Assembly: GCA_026770705.1 (NCBI GenBank)
Contig: JANJGN010000071.1
Coordinates: forward strand, 1,736,001-1,800,000
Length of the DNA stretch: 64,000 nt
Source: Isurus oxyrinchus
Taxonomy: Eukaryota
Direction of reading: 5' to 3'
Below, one piece after another: positions 24,380-36,251 of this stretch. Below the pieces are notes generated by a model, which was not told where the DNA came from, did not search any database, and was given only the letters and a program-made list of their open reading frames with translations. A program made the translations under genes and the position numbers. How positions within the stretch are numbered: the stretch's first letter is position 1; every line of letters begins with the position of its first letter.

Positions 24380-25090
24380 TGGTCTGAGTCTCACTCCAGG
24401 GAATTCAGTCCCATAACGTCGGTCAACACTCCGTGCTGAGGGAGTGCTGCACTGTCAGAGGGTCAGTAGTGTGGAAGTGTTGCACTATTGGAGGGACAGT
24501 ACTGAGTGAGTGCTATACTGTCGGAGGTCAGTACTGAGGAAGTGCTGCTGTGTCGGAGGGTCAGTACTGAGGGAGCGCTGCACTGACGGAGGGACAATAC
24601 TGTGGGAGTGCAGCACTATCGAAGGGTTAGTACTGAGGGAGTGCTGCTGTGTCGAAGGGTTAGTACTGAAATAGAGCTGCACTGACGGAGGGACAGTACT
24701 GAGGGAGCGCAGCACTATCGAAGAGTTAATACTAAGGGAGTGCTGCAGTGTCAAAGGGTTAGTACTGAGGGAGCACAACAATGTTGAATGAGACATTAAA
24801 CTGAGTCCCCAGTCTGCCCTCTCGGGCGGGTGTGAAAGATCCCACAGCCACTATTTGGAGGAAGAGCAGGGGGGAGATCTCCCCGGTGTCCTGGGACCAG
24901 TATTTATCCCTCACCCAACATCACAAAAAACAGATGATCTAGGCCATGATCACATTGCTATTTGTGGGATCTTGCTGTGCACAAATCAGCTGCCACATTT
25001 CCTACAGTGTGAGTGCACTTCAAAAACATCCTTCAGTGGCTGTGAAATGCTTTGGGATGTGGTGAAAGGCGTTAGAGAAATGCAAGTCTG
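24380..25090 (+). mobile_element. Deu-domain SINE (AmnSINE1/SacSINE1-like) with an internally expanded 33-bp minisatellite
   Basis: Deu core gatgagacattaaac..aagatccca..ctattt..gaagagcagggg..ccccggtgtcctgg..tatttatccc..tttgtgggatcttgctgtgc..aaat..gctgcc; tail gtgaaaggcg..aaatgcaagtc. Confidence 0.8.
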
Positions 25091-25190
25091 TCCTCCTCCC
25101 TCTCTCTCTCCTGTACCTCTCTCTCTCTCTCTCTCCCTCTCCCTCAATCCTCCTCTCACTTTCTCCCTGATAAATTCTTTCTTTTTGCAG

Positions 25191-25247
25191 GTTGACACTG
25201 CTTTAGGTTCTTCGACGATTGAGAAATCTGTGGATTCCCCGGACACG
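25191..25247 (+). CDS. Candidate small phase 0-0 exon (VDTALGSSTIEKSVDSPDT)
   Basis: Long polypyrimidine tract, ttttgcag|GTT...ACG|gtaggt, 57 nt, frame open. Confidence 0.4.
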
Positions 25248-25974
25248 GTAGGTGGAAATTCATTCCTTATTTTAAGGTTTCTCCCTGCTCGTTTCTTCCA
25301 CAGAAAGTTTTCTGATTTCAAGCTGATTTCAGTGGCAGTCTGTCTCGGTTATACTCAGGAGGCATGTTTGAAATCGAACCCCCCCGCCACCCCTTTTTTT
25401 TGCAAAGCTGGGAAGAGACAATTCCAAGGAAGTGAACATATCCCCACAGGAATTTTAAATGTAACCCACGCCGGGAATAGTGAGAGGGAGACTGATCCAG
25501 CCTGGGAGTGGGTTAAAGAGAGGCTGGGAGTCGAGAGTCGGAGAGAGGGATGGAATGGGGGAGGGAGGGATTGGAAGAGAGAGACAGAGAGTGGGACGGG
25601 GAGGGGTGAAAGGGAAAGAACATAGGTGGGAGAGAGTGACAGAGGGAGAAATTAAAGAAGAGATGCAGAGTGAGGGAAAGTGAAAAGGGAAGAGTGATTG
25701 TCCAAGAGAGAGAAATTAACAGGAAAGGGAGAGTTACAGAGTGAGCGAAAGGTACAAAAATAGTGTGAGAGAGAGGGAGAGATACAGAGTGGGAGAAGGA
25801 GACAGGGGAGAGAGAGGGAGAGAGACAGGAAAAGGGAGAGAGGAGAGAAAGATTGGGAGAGAGGGCAATTGAGAGGAAGAGTAGGAGAGAGAGAGACAGG
25901 GAGAGGAGGAGTGGATGAGAGGAAGAGAGAGAGAGATATGGAGCAGGAGAACACCTCCTCCGGTCCCGATGTTC

Positions 25975-26282
25975 CTCCAAAATCTCTGACATTACTGCAT
26001 CTCCCGGGTCCCCCTGATTCCCATCGCTCCACCATTGGTGGCCGTGCCTTCAGCTGCCTGGGGCCCTGAGCTCCGGAATACCCTCCCTTAACCTCTCTGC
26101 CTCTCTCTCTCTCTCTCCTTTAAGACGCTCCTTAAAAACTGACATTTTTGACCAAGCTTTTGGTCACCTAACCCTAATATCTCCATATGTGACTCAGTGT
26201 TAGACTTCTCTCTGATTTACGCTCCGGTAATGTGGGCTGGGACATTTTGCAATATCAGAGGCGCTGTGTAAATGCAAGTTGT
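25975..26282 (+). mobile_element. L2-type LINE 3' end
   Basis: ccaccattggtggccgtgccttcagctgcctgggg..., tttaagacgctccttaaaac..., tail ggcgctgtgtaaatgcaagttg. Confidence 0.7.
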
Positions 26283-26784
26283 GAGTGTTATGTGGAAGGG
26301 AGACCCCAGGCGGCAGTCAGTGCCAGAGACTGGAGTCATTGTGTGCAGACCGTATCTAATCTCTCCGAATGCACAATCGGTTTGACTGTCAGCCAAAGCA
26401 CTTTTGATATTTGATCCTTCTAACTGTTTATAACCAGGCCTACATCAAACACCGAGAGGCTGGTTAATCAACAGACACCTTAGAGGATCGAGTGAAAGAC
26501 AAAGAGGACTTGCATTTCTCTAGCGCCTTCCAACACTTCAGGATGTCCCAAAGTGTTTCGCAGACAATCAAGTGTTTTTTTTCTTTCATGTGAGGTCACT
26601 GATGTACTGTGGGAAAAGAATCAGCCATTGGCGCACAGTAAGATCCCACAGACAGCAGCATGATAATGACCAGCGCGCTCCCAGTACTTGCACTGCAAGT
26701 GTCAGTTCAGGATGTGTGCTCGATTCTCTGCAACTCTCAGCTCTGAGTTAAAAGGACCACCAGGCATAATTGAGAAATTACCGA

Positions 26785-27303
26785 GCTGTCGGAGGGTCAG
26801 TACCGGCGGGGGGGCAGGACAGTGGGACGGTCAGTACTGAGGGGGTGCTGCATTGTCAGACGGTCAGTCTTGGAGTGCTGCACTGTCAGAGGGTCAGTAC
26901 CGGCGGGGGACTGCACAGTCGGAGGGTCAGTACTGAGGGGGTGCTGCATTGTCAGACGGTCAGTACTGAGGGAGTGCTGCACTGTCAGAGGGTCAGGGCT
27001 AAGGGAGTGCTGCACTGATGGAGGGTCAGTACTGAGTGAGTGCTGCACTGTCAGAGGGTCAGTGCTAAGGGAGTGCTGCACTGTTGGAGGGTCAGTACTG
27101 AGTGAGCGCTGCACTGATGGAGGGTCAGTTCCGAGGGAGTGCTGCACTGTCAGAGGGTCAGTGCTAAGGAAGTGCTGCACTGTACAGAGGGAGTGTGAGA
27201 CTGACAGAGGGTCAGTAATGAGGGAGCGTGAGACTGACAGAGGGTCACTTTTGAGGAAGCGCTGCACTATCGAAGGGTCAGTACTGAGGGAGCACTGCAC
27301 TGC
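26785..27303. repeat. 33-bp minisatellite
   Basis: ~15 degenerate units, in the same position relative to the tail exon as the array in gene A. Confidence 0.9.
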
Positions 27304-27447
27304 CATAGGTGTTTTCTTTCATAAGACATGTGAGAGAGGGTTAAACCCACTGACCCACGACTGACACTAACGAGGCTGCAGAATATTTTAACCCTATCAG
27401 TGCCAGTAAATGATGTGAGGATGCCTTCTGTTTCCATTTCTCTGTAG

Positions 27448-27696
27448 GGTAAACAGAACGTGCTGATTACTGAGCCCCGGAACACAACCAGAGACACAAC
27501 TAGTGAGGGGGAGACCCCAGCTCCCCGGGGTGTCTCTGAATGTGCAGTGGGAGGCGATGCTGGACATGGGAACCCCGACAATCCCAACGACCTTCTCTAC
27601 ACCAATCCCCAAGTCTTCAGGGTGCCCAGTGGTGATGGGTCTGTCCACAGGGAAGAGCAGACGGAATACGCACAGATCAGATTCAAGAGAAACTGA
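27448..27696 (+). CDS. Paralogous terminal cytoplasmic exon: ITIM degenerate (LLYTNP), ITSM retained (TEYAQI)
   Basis: Clear paralog of 8193-8441 including the upstream intron; 3'UTR homology resumes at ~28400; frame open. Confidence 0.75.
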   Translation, partial: GKQNVLITEPRNTTRDTTSEGETPAPRGVSECAVGGDAGHGNPDNPNDLLYTNPQVFRVPSGDGSVHREEQTEYAQIRFKRN

Positions 27697-28849
27697 GCGT
27701 GAAAAAGGCAGAGGTGGTCAGGAGGTTTGTGGATGGTGGCAGGGATGAAGATTCTTGGGAACATGAGACAACCCACTGGGGGAGAGGGGGAGAGAGGGAG
27801 GAAGGGACTGAATGGGTCTGTGGTTGGTGTGGTTTGGAATGAAATGTTTCCCCAGTGACGACTTGATGCTGAGTCATTGGGGACAGAGATTCAGTNNNNN
27901 NNNNNNNNNNNNNNNNNNNNNNNNNNNNNNNNNNNNNNNNNNNNNNNNNNNNNNNNNNNNNNNNNNNNNNNNNNNNNNNNNNNNNNNNNNNNNNNNNNNN
28001 NNNNNNNNNNNNNNNNNNNNNNNNNNNNNNNNNNNNNNNNNNNNNNNNNNNNNNNNNNNNNNNNNNNNNNNNNNNATTAACTGGCTTTGTGAAATCAGCT
28101 TTTTGTCACCTGTCCCTAATACCTCATTATGTGTCTCTGAGATGGATTTATATGTAGGTAACAATCCCCTGAAGAGATTTGGGACAGTTTGTTACATTAA
28201 GTGTGCCATATAAATGCAAGTTGTTGCAGGAAAGTTGATCTGCCTCGATTCAGAATGGTAATTCGGAGGGTCCATCGACAGGGCGTGTGTGCAACAGCCT
28301 CGCAATAAATGCATTGCACGGCAACAACTAAGCATGTCCTTTGATGCTGATGCATCCCAGTACTGCTGTGTGGACACATCACAACCGAGGGACTGCCTGA
28401 CTGCGTGCAGCCAACATGGCCGAATAGTAATTAGCAGAAATGTGATGTCACTGAACTTTGTTGACATTTCAGAAAGTGCTTTCTGAATTCTGCAACTTGT
28501 TTATTCTGTGATAGATTACAAGAAGCCTTTGCATTTTCTATAATATTACATTTATTGTCACAAGGGATTGAAATGCCCAGACACCACCACCTGGAAGTTC
28601 GCCTCCAAGCCACACATCATCCTGATTTTGAAATATATCGCCATTCCTTCACTGCCACTAGGGTCAAAATCTTGGACTTCCTTCTCTGACAGCATTGTGG
28701 GTGTACCTACACCACATGGAGTGCAGAGGGTCAGGAAGGCAGCTCACCACCACCTTCTCAAGGTAATTAAGGATGGGCCATAAATGCTGGCCTAGCCAGT
28801 GATGCCCACTTCCCATGGAAGAATGAATATATAAAATATAAAGTTGGAA

Positions 28850-31490
28850 CAAATGAATGAAGTTATAGCACAAATAGAGATTAATGGGTACGATAAGATG
28901 GACACTGCAGAGAGTTGGTTGCAAAGTGACCAAGGTTGGAAATTGAAAATTGAAGGATATTTGGAATCTTTGAAAGGATAGGAAAAATGAAAAGGAGGTG
29001 GGGTAGCTCTGTTAATAAAAGATGAGACCTGTAAAGTAGTGAGAAATGATTTTGGCTCAGATGTCAAGATGCACAGTCAGTTTGGGTGAACATAAGGAAT
29101 TGCAAGGGAAAGAAATCACTGGTGGGTTGGTTTATACTCCCCCCTGAATGTAGTTACACTGCAGGGGTAGATTATAAATCAATACATGAGGAGGTTTATG
29201 AGAAAGGCACCACATTAATCATGGGAGTTTTCAATCGTCATATGGATTAGCCAAATCAGATTAGCAAATTTAGCTTTCAGCGAGGTTATACAGATTGTAT
29301 TCAGGACAGTATTTTAGAACAATCCAACATGGAACCAACCAGGGAAGAGGCTGTTTTAGTCCTGGCAATGTTTAATGAGACAAGACTAATTAACATCTCA
29401 TTGTAAAGGACCCTCAAGGGAAGAGTAATCATACGGTGTTGAAATTTAATATTCAGTTTAGAAACTTGGTTCTTAAGCTAGTGTCATAAACTTAACTAAA
29501 GGCAATTACAAGGGTTAAAAGTAGAGTCGGCCCAAGTAGAGTGGGACAGCAGGTTAAAGTGGGGGGGGGGGTGTGTAGATGCGCAGCAACAGGCATCTAA
29601 AGAGATGTTTCATAAATTCCAATGAAGATATTTTCCAGTAAGAAAGAAAGAATCTATAAGAAGGATGGAGCATCGGCTGCTAACTCAGGAAGCTAAGGAC
29701 GGTATCCAATTGTGAGATAAAGCCGGCAATGTTGGGATGCTTAGTGATAGGCTGGAGATTGGGAATATTTGAGAAACCAGAAAAGTGAGGGGAGAAATAT
29801 AAGGAGGCAGAAATGATGATATGAGAGTAAACTAGCAAGAACCATAAACAATGACAGTGAGATGTTGTACATTAAAATAAGAGAGAAGCTCCAGTAATAA
29901 TGGGACACATAGAAAATCAGACTGGGGAATTAATAATGGGAAACAGGAAATGACAGAGACTTTCAACAAGAATTTTGTGTCTGTCTTCACAGTAAAAATC
30001 TCTAAAACCATCCCAATAGCAGGAGAAAGTCACGGTGCAACAAGGAGGGAGGAACATAAAACAATCACTATCACCAGAGAAAAAGTATTAAGAAAACTAA
30101 TGAGACAAATGCTGACAAGTCCCATGGAGCAGACGGCCTGAATGTGAGGGTCTGAAAGGAAATGGCTGCAGAGACGGTGGATGCATTGGATGTAATCTTC
30201 CAGAATTCCTTAGATTATGGGAAGGTCCCAGCGGATTGGATAAACATAAATGAAACACCTCTGTTCAATAAAGGGAGGAGGCAGAAAGCAAGAAACCACA
30301 GGTCAGTTAGTCTAATATCTGTCATTGGGAAAATACCAGAATTCATTATGAAGGAGGGAGCAGCAGGACATTTAGAAAACCATAATTCAATCAGACAGAG
30401 TCAACATGGGTTTGTGAAAGGGATATCATGTTTGAAAAAATTATTAGATTTACTTGAGGATGTAACAAGTGGATTGGATAAAGGGGAACCTGTAGATGTG
30501 GTGTATTAGGGACTATGACACAGCCAAGGGTAAAGGCTGAGTTGTTCAAATCCCAGAGGGAAAATTGAAACAACTGTCATAACCCAATTTTGCTGTTTGT
30601 AATTTCGAGATGAAGACTTTGAATTCAGTAGGAATAAGACCACCGATGATTGTGGGTTTTTTATATAAAACTAAATAAACCACTTATTAATTTAACAACA
30701 AATTTAACACATACACATTGGCTACAAATAACTACTATAAAAACTTTTTAACAAATCCCCCAATTAATCAACCTCACGTAAATCTCTACTAAGGCAACAA
30801 TGAACCATTGACATAATATAGACACCAGGCAAAGCACATTTGACATTACGAATTCCGAATGAGGTTCCTTTGCAAGTTGGTTGGAGGCTACAGGCTGGTT
30901 AGGTCTGAAATGCTCCTGCCTCACACACACAAACTCCTTCCTTTATATAGCTAGCTTTCCCTTTGAATGTAAATTTTCCATTGTATCACTCGGTCTTCTG
31001 AACTCCAGCTCTTCGAACAATAAAACCCCCTTTCATAGCACCAATTTCATTAGTAAGTTCAAGAAAAAACACATCTTTTGGATCCGTCTAACTAGGTGCA
31101 AGATTTTACCCCCAGTCTGGAATGGTTTATTCAACAATTGCAAATGAACACTTTACTGTTCTCCTCACAATTCACCCAATTAACATCTCAAAACTACTAA
31201 ACATCAAAGCAGACAAACCCACTGGCTTTATTCCAATTAAGACACACCCAGACACACACCTATACATGGACCACCACTAGAATTCTATTTTAAATAATAA
31301 TTTCCAAGCACATTTTACACACAAATATCTCTTCATGACATTGGATTTCCAAAAGGCATTCGATAAGGAGCCACATCAAAGGATACTGCACAGGGTGAAA
31401 TTGGTTGGTGTTGGAGGGGATATATTAATATGGATAGAGGACTGGCTAACTGACAGGAAACAGAGAGCCAGGATAAATGGGTAAATGGAT
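28850..31490 (+). mobile_element. Degenerate CR1 LINE (endonuclease plus RT), interrupted at ~30510-31340
   Basis: GGGVALLI, IFQNSLDYGKVPADW, SQHGFVKG, GEPVDVVY|LDFQKAFDK. Confidence 0.85.
30510..31340. mobile_element. Probable solo LTR inserted in the CR1 RT
   Basis: CR1 frame splits at DVVY|LDFQK; insert ends ...cttcatgaca; non-coding. Confidence 0.55.
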
Positions 31491-32129
31491 AAATGAAAGA
31501 GAGAAGGAAGGTAAAGCTGTCTGTGTGTAAAACTGTCAAATATTCTGAGTTATCCTGATTGTCTCTGATCTGCTGCAGAGTTTAAAGTTCTCAGAACATT
31601 AGCACTTTGCAGCTCAGAGAGAGACCATTGACTCACTGCCTGAAAGGGCGGTGGAAGCAGATTCAACAGGAACTTTCAGAAGGGGAACTGGATAAATACT
31701 TGAAGGGGACATTTTGCAGGGCTGTGGAGGAGAGAGTAGAGCTGAGCGTGGGAATAATTGGGCAGATCTTTCAAAGCCTCAACTATTCACAATCTACATT
31801 AGTGACTTGGATGAAGGGACTGACTGTACTGTCGGCAGATTTTCTGACTGTATGGTGAAGATAGGTAGGAAATATATAAGCTGTGCAGGAAAGCAAGTTG
31901 TGAGGAGGACACAAAGAGGCTGCAGAGGGAGATAAATAGTTTCAGTGAGTGGATAAAAAAATGAGTGGTTGGCATAGAAGGAATGAAAATGTCAGGGTGT
32001 CCAGCTGATCCTACTTGTTCTGTTCTTATATTCTTATACAGACACAGGGTTTACTGACAGTGCACAGCAAAGTGCGGTTCACTCACTTTGTTCCAACTTC
32101 CTCATTTTGTCTCACAGTGACACATCAGC

Positions 32130-32241
32130 TCTTTCTAATTAAATACACAGAGGGAGCAGCACAGGAAGAGGTCATTCAGCCCAAGCAGAGCGTGTGGGCA
32201 GTTCCTCCCCAGGCGAGCAGTCGGACAGGTCCTGGGTAAGT
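32130..32241 (+). promoter_or_regulatory. Putative promoter/non-coding first exon (AT-rich ttctaattaaata, ETS-like acaggaag, donor ctgg|gtaagt at 32236); copies have donors at ~34000, 35762, 48734, 50964 and 61326
   Basis: Consensus donor conserved ~450 nt upstream of each of the six leader exons. Confidence 0.55.
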
Positions 32242-32685
32242 AACGGAACGATTGGAATTCACTTCCACCACCAACACTGTCCTTTGTTGATGTTGTGACT
32301 TTATAAAGACAGATTCCAATTATTGATGCCTTTGAAAGATTTCTACTGATTATTGAGATCTGGGTGTGAGGCTCAATTCTGTTGTACAGAACATCTTTCT
32401 AGCTCAGGGGATGAGGGAAGTGGAGTGACATGAGCTTTTGGATGCTCTGAGGTGGTGAAAGGTGCTATACAAATGCAAATCCTTCATTGTTTTTCTTCCT
32501 TAAAGCCTTGTAACTCTCTGCAGAGCACCTATCATCCCACCGTGAATCAAATTAGTCTGTGAAGACATTGTCTAAAAGGAGTTCTGATCTTTCGAGAGCT
32601 GTCGGACAAGAGGTAAGGTCTCATTAACTCCTTTCTCTTTCAGAGTTTGAGAGTGAGAAGTGAATGGAATATCTGGCAGTGGACA

Positions 32686-32725
32686 ATGATCGGGAAATCT
32701 TACTTCATCCTGTCACTTCTCCAAG
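32686..32725 (+). CDS. Leader exon L1 (MIGKSYFILSLLQ-G)
   Basis: Acceptor ctctttcag at 32643; CAAG|gtaat; phase 1. Confidence 0.8.
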
Positions 32726-34444
32726 GTAATATCATCGTCAGCTTGGACAGATTTATGGTAAAGGGTCTTTGTAAAGATCAATCTTATTGATCTCTGATTG
32801 GGAACTAATTCAGCAGTGAGCCAGTGTACAAACTCATACCAAGTCCCATTCACCCATCACCCCTGTGCTCACTGATATACACTGACTCCCTGTCTGACAG
32901 CAGAATTGGAGAAGAATAGAGATCTCAGAGCGTTGTAGGAGCTGGAGACGGTTACACAATTAGGCAGGATTGTAGCAGCTAGAGCAGAATCTTAAACTTC
33001 AGGTGATGTCGGCTGTTGGTCAGTGATAGATGGGGAGTGATGGGTTGAGCAGAAAATCAGGGAAAGAACCTGGGGGATGAAATCTATCCAGGTACTAGGA
33101 CTCTGATAGCAAAAACCTGAAATTTGTGTCTTTTGCTGATTTTAACCAGAATTTCCCATGAAGACAACACAGCAGCTCCTAGAATAGACAGGCTGTTCAG
33201 TGTCACACTTCCTGTCCATTCTCACCATGCTAGATACTTCAATAAGGGAGCAAGATAACTGATAGAGAGAAGAAAGGTAAAGCTGTCTGTGTGTAAAACT
33301 GTCAAATATTCTGAGTTATCATGAGTGTCTCTGATCTGCTGCAGAGTTTAAATTTCACAGAATCTGGGCACTTTGCAGCTCAGAGAGAGACCATTGACTC
33401 ACTGCCTGAAAGAGCGGTGGAAGCAGATTCAACACGAACTTTCAGAAGGGGAACTGGATAAATACTTGAAGGGGACATTTTGCAGGGCTTTGGAGGAGAG
33501 AGTAGAGCTGAGCGTGGGACTAATTAGACAGATATTTCAAAGCCTCAACTATTCACAATCTACATTAGTGACTTGGATGAAGGGACTGACTGTACTGTAG
33601 GCAGATTTTCTGACTGTATGGTGAAGATAGGTAGGAAATATATAAGCTGTGCTGGAAAGCTGGTTGTGAGGAGGACACAAAGAGGCTGCAGAGGAAGATA
33701 AATAGTTTCAGTGAGTGGATAAAAAAATGAGTGGTTGGCATAGAAGGAATGAAAATATCAGGGTGTCCAGCTGATCCTACTTGTTCTGTTCTTATATTCT
33801 TATACAGACACAGGGTTTACTGACAGTGCACAGCAAAGTGCGGTTCACTCACTTTGTTCCAACTTCCTCTTTTAAACACACAGACACATCAACCCTTTCT
33901 AATTAAATACACAGAGGGAGCAGCACAGGAAGAGGTCATTCAGCCCAAGCAGAGCGTGTGGGCACTTCCTCCCCAGGCGAGCAGTCGGACAGGTCCTGGG
34001 TAAGTAACGGAACGATTGGAATTCACTTCCACGACCAACACCGTCCTTTGTTGATGTTGACTTTATAAAGACAGATTCCAATGATTGATGCCTTTGAAAG
34101 ATTTCTACTGTTTATTGAGATCTGGTGTGAGGCTCAAGTCTGTTGTACAGAACATCTTTCTAGCTCAAGGGATGAGGGAAGTGGAGTGACGAGATTTTGG
34201 ATGCCCTGAGGTGGTGAAAGGTGCTATACAAATGCAAATCCTTCATTGTTTTTCTTCCTTAAAGCCTTGTAACTCTCTGCAGAGCACCTATCATCCCACC
34301 GTGAATCAAATTAGTCAGTGAAGACATTGTCTAAAAGGAGTTCTGATCTTGCAAGAGCTGTTGGACAAGAGGTGAGGACTCATTAAATTCATTCTCTTTC
34401 AGAGTTTGAGAGTGAGAAGTGAATGGAATATCTGGGAGTAGACA

Positions 34445-34484
34445 ATGATCGGGAAATCTTACTTCATCTTGTCACTTCTCCAAG
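34445..34484 (+). CDS. Leader exon L2 (MIGKSYFILSLLQ-G)
   Basis: As L1. Confidence 0.8.
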
Positions 34485-36211
34485 GTAATATCATCGTCAG
34501 CCTGGACAGATTTATGGTAAAGGGTCTTTGTAAAGATCATTCTTATTGAGCTGTGATTGGGAACTAATTCAGCAGTGAGCCAGTGTACAAACTCATACCA
34601 AGTCCCATTCACCCATCACCCCTGTGCTCACTGATATACACTGACTCCCTGTCTGACAGCAGAATTGGACAAGAATAGAGATCTCAGAGGGTTGTAGGGG
34701 CTGGAGACGGTTACACAATTAGGCAGGATTGTAGCAGCTAGAGCAGAATCTTAAACTTCAGGTGATGTCGGCTGTTGGTCAGTGATAGATGGGGAGTGAT
34801 GGGTTGAGCAGAAAAACAGGGAAAAAAACAGGGGGATGACAGCTATCCTGATGCTAGGACACGGATAACAATGCGCTGTAATTTTGTGTCTATTGCTGAT
34901 TTTAGTCAGAATTTCCCATGAAGACAACACAGCAGCTCCTAGAATAGACAGGTTGTTCAGTGTCACACTTCCTGTCCATTCTCACCATGCTAGATACTTC
35001 AATAAGGGAGCAAGATAACTGAAAGAGAGAAGGAAGGCAAAGCTGTCTGTGTGTAAAACTGTCAAATATTCTGAGTTATCATGAGTGTCTCTGATCTGCT
35101 GCAGAGTTTAAATTTCACAGAATCTGAGCACTTTGCAGCTCAGAGAGAGACCATTGACTCACTGCCTGAAAGGGCGGTGGAAGCAGATTCAACAGGAACT
35201 TTCAGAAGGGGAACTGGATAAATACTTGAAGGTGACATTTTGCAGGGCTTTGGAGGAGAGAGCAGAGCTGAGCGTGGGAATAATTAGACAGATATTTCAA
35301 AGCATCAACTATTCACAATCTACATTAGTGACTTGGATGAAGGGACTGACTGTACTGTAGACAGATTTTCTGACTGTATGGTGAAGATAGGTAGGAAATA
35401 TATAAGCTGTGCAGGAAAGCAAGTTGTGAGGAGGACACAAAGAGGCTGCAGAGGCAGATAAGTAGTTTCAGTGAGTGGATAAAAAAATGAGTGGCTGGCA
35501 TGTAAGGAATGAAAATGTCAGGGTGTCCAGCTGATCCTATTTGTTCTGTTCTTATATTCTTATACAGACACAGGGTTTACTGACAGTGCACAGCAAAGTG
35601 CTGTTCTCTCACTTTGTACCAACTTCCTCATTTTGTCTCACAGAGACACATCAACCCTTTCTAATTAAATACACAGAGGGAGCAGCACAGGAAGAGGTCA
35701 TTCAGCCCAAGCAGAGCGTGTGGGCAGTTCCTCCCCAGGCGAGCAGTTGGACAGGTCCTGGGTAAGTAACGGAACGATTGGAATTCACTTCCACCACCAA
35801 CACCGTCCTTTGTTGATGTTGTGACTTAATAAAGACAGATTCCAATGATTGATGCCTTTGAAAGATTTCTACTGATTATTGAGATCTGGGTGTGAGGGTC
35901 AAGTCTGTTGTACAGAACATCTTTCTAGCTCAAGGGATGAGGGAAGTGGAGTGACATGAGATTTTGGATGCTCTGAGGTGGTGAAAGGTGCTATACAAAT
36001 GCAAATCCTTCATTGTTTTTCTTCCTTAAAGCCTTGTAACTCTCTGCAGAGCACCTATCATCCCACCGTGAATCAAATTAGTCAGTGAATACATTGTCTA
36101 AAAGGAGTTCTGATCTTTCGAGAGCTGTCGGACAAGAGGTGAGGTCTCATTAACTCCTTTCTCTTTCAGAGTTTGACAGTGAGAAGTGAATGGAATATCT
36201 GGCAGTGGACA

Positions 36212-36251
36212 ATGATCGGGAAATCTTACTTCCTCCTGTCACTTCTCCAAG
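36212..36251 (+). CDS. Leader exon L3 of gene C (MIGKSYFLLSLLQ-G)
   Basis: As L1; the leader nearest V exon 39311. Confidence 0.85.

Noticed and set aside
32605-32643. Donor-like ag|gtaagg/gtgagg ~30 nt before each leader acceptor
   Set aside because: The implied intron (~32 nt) is too short for normal splicing, and there is no other support
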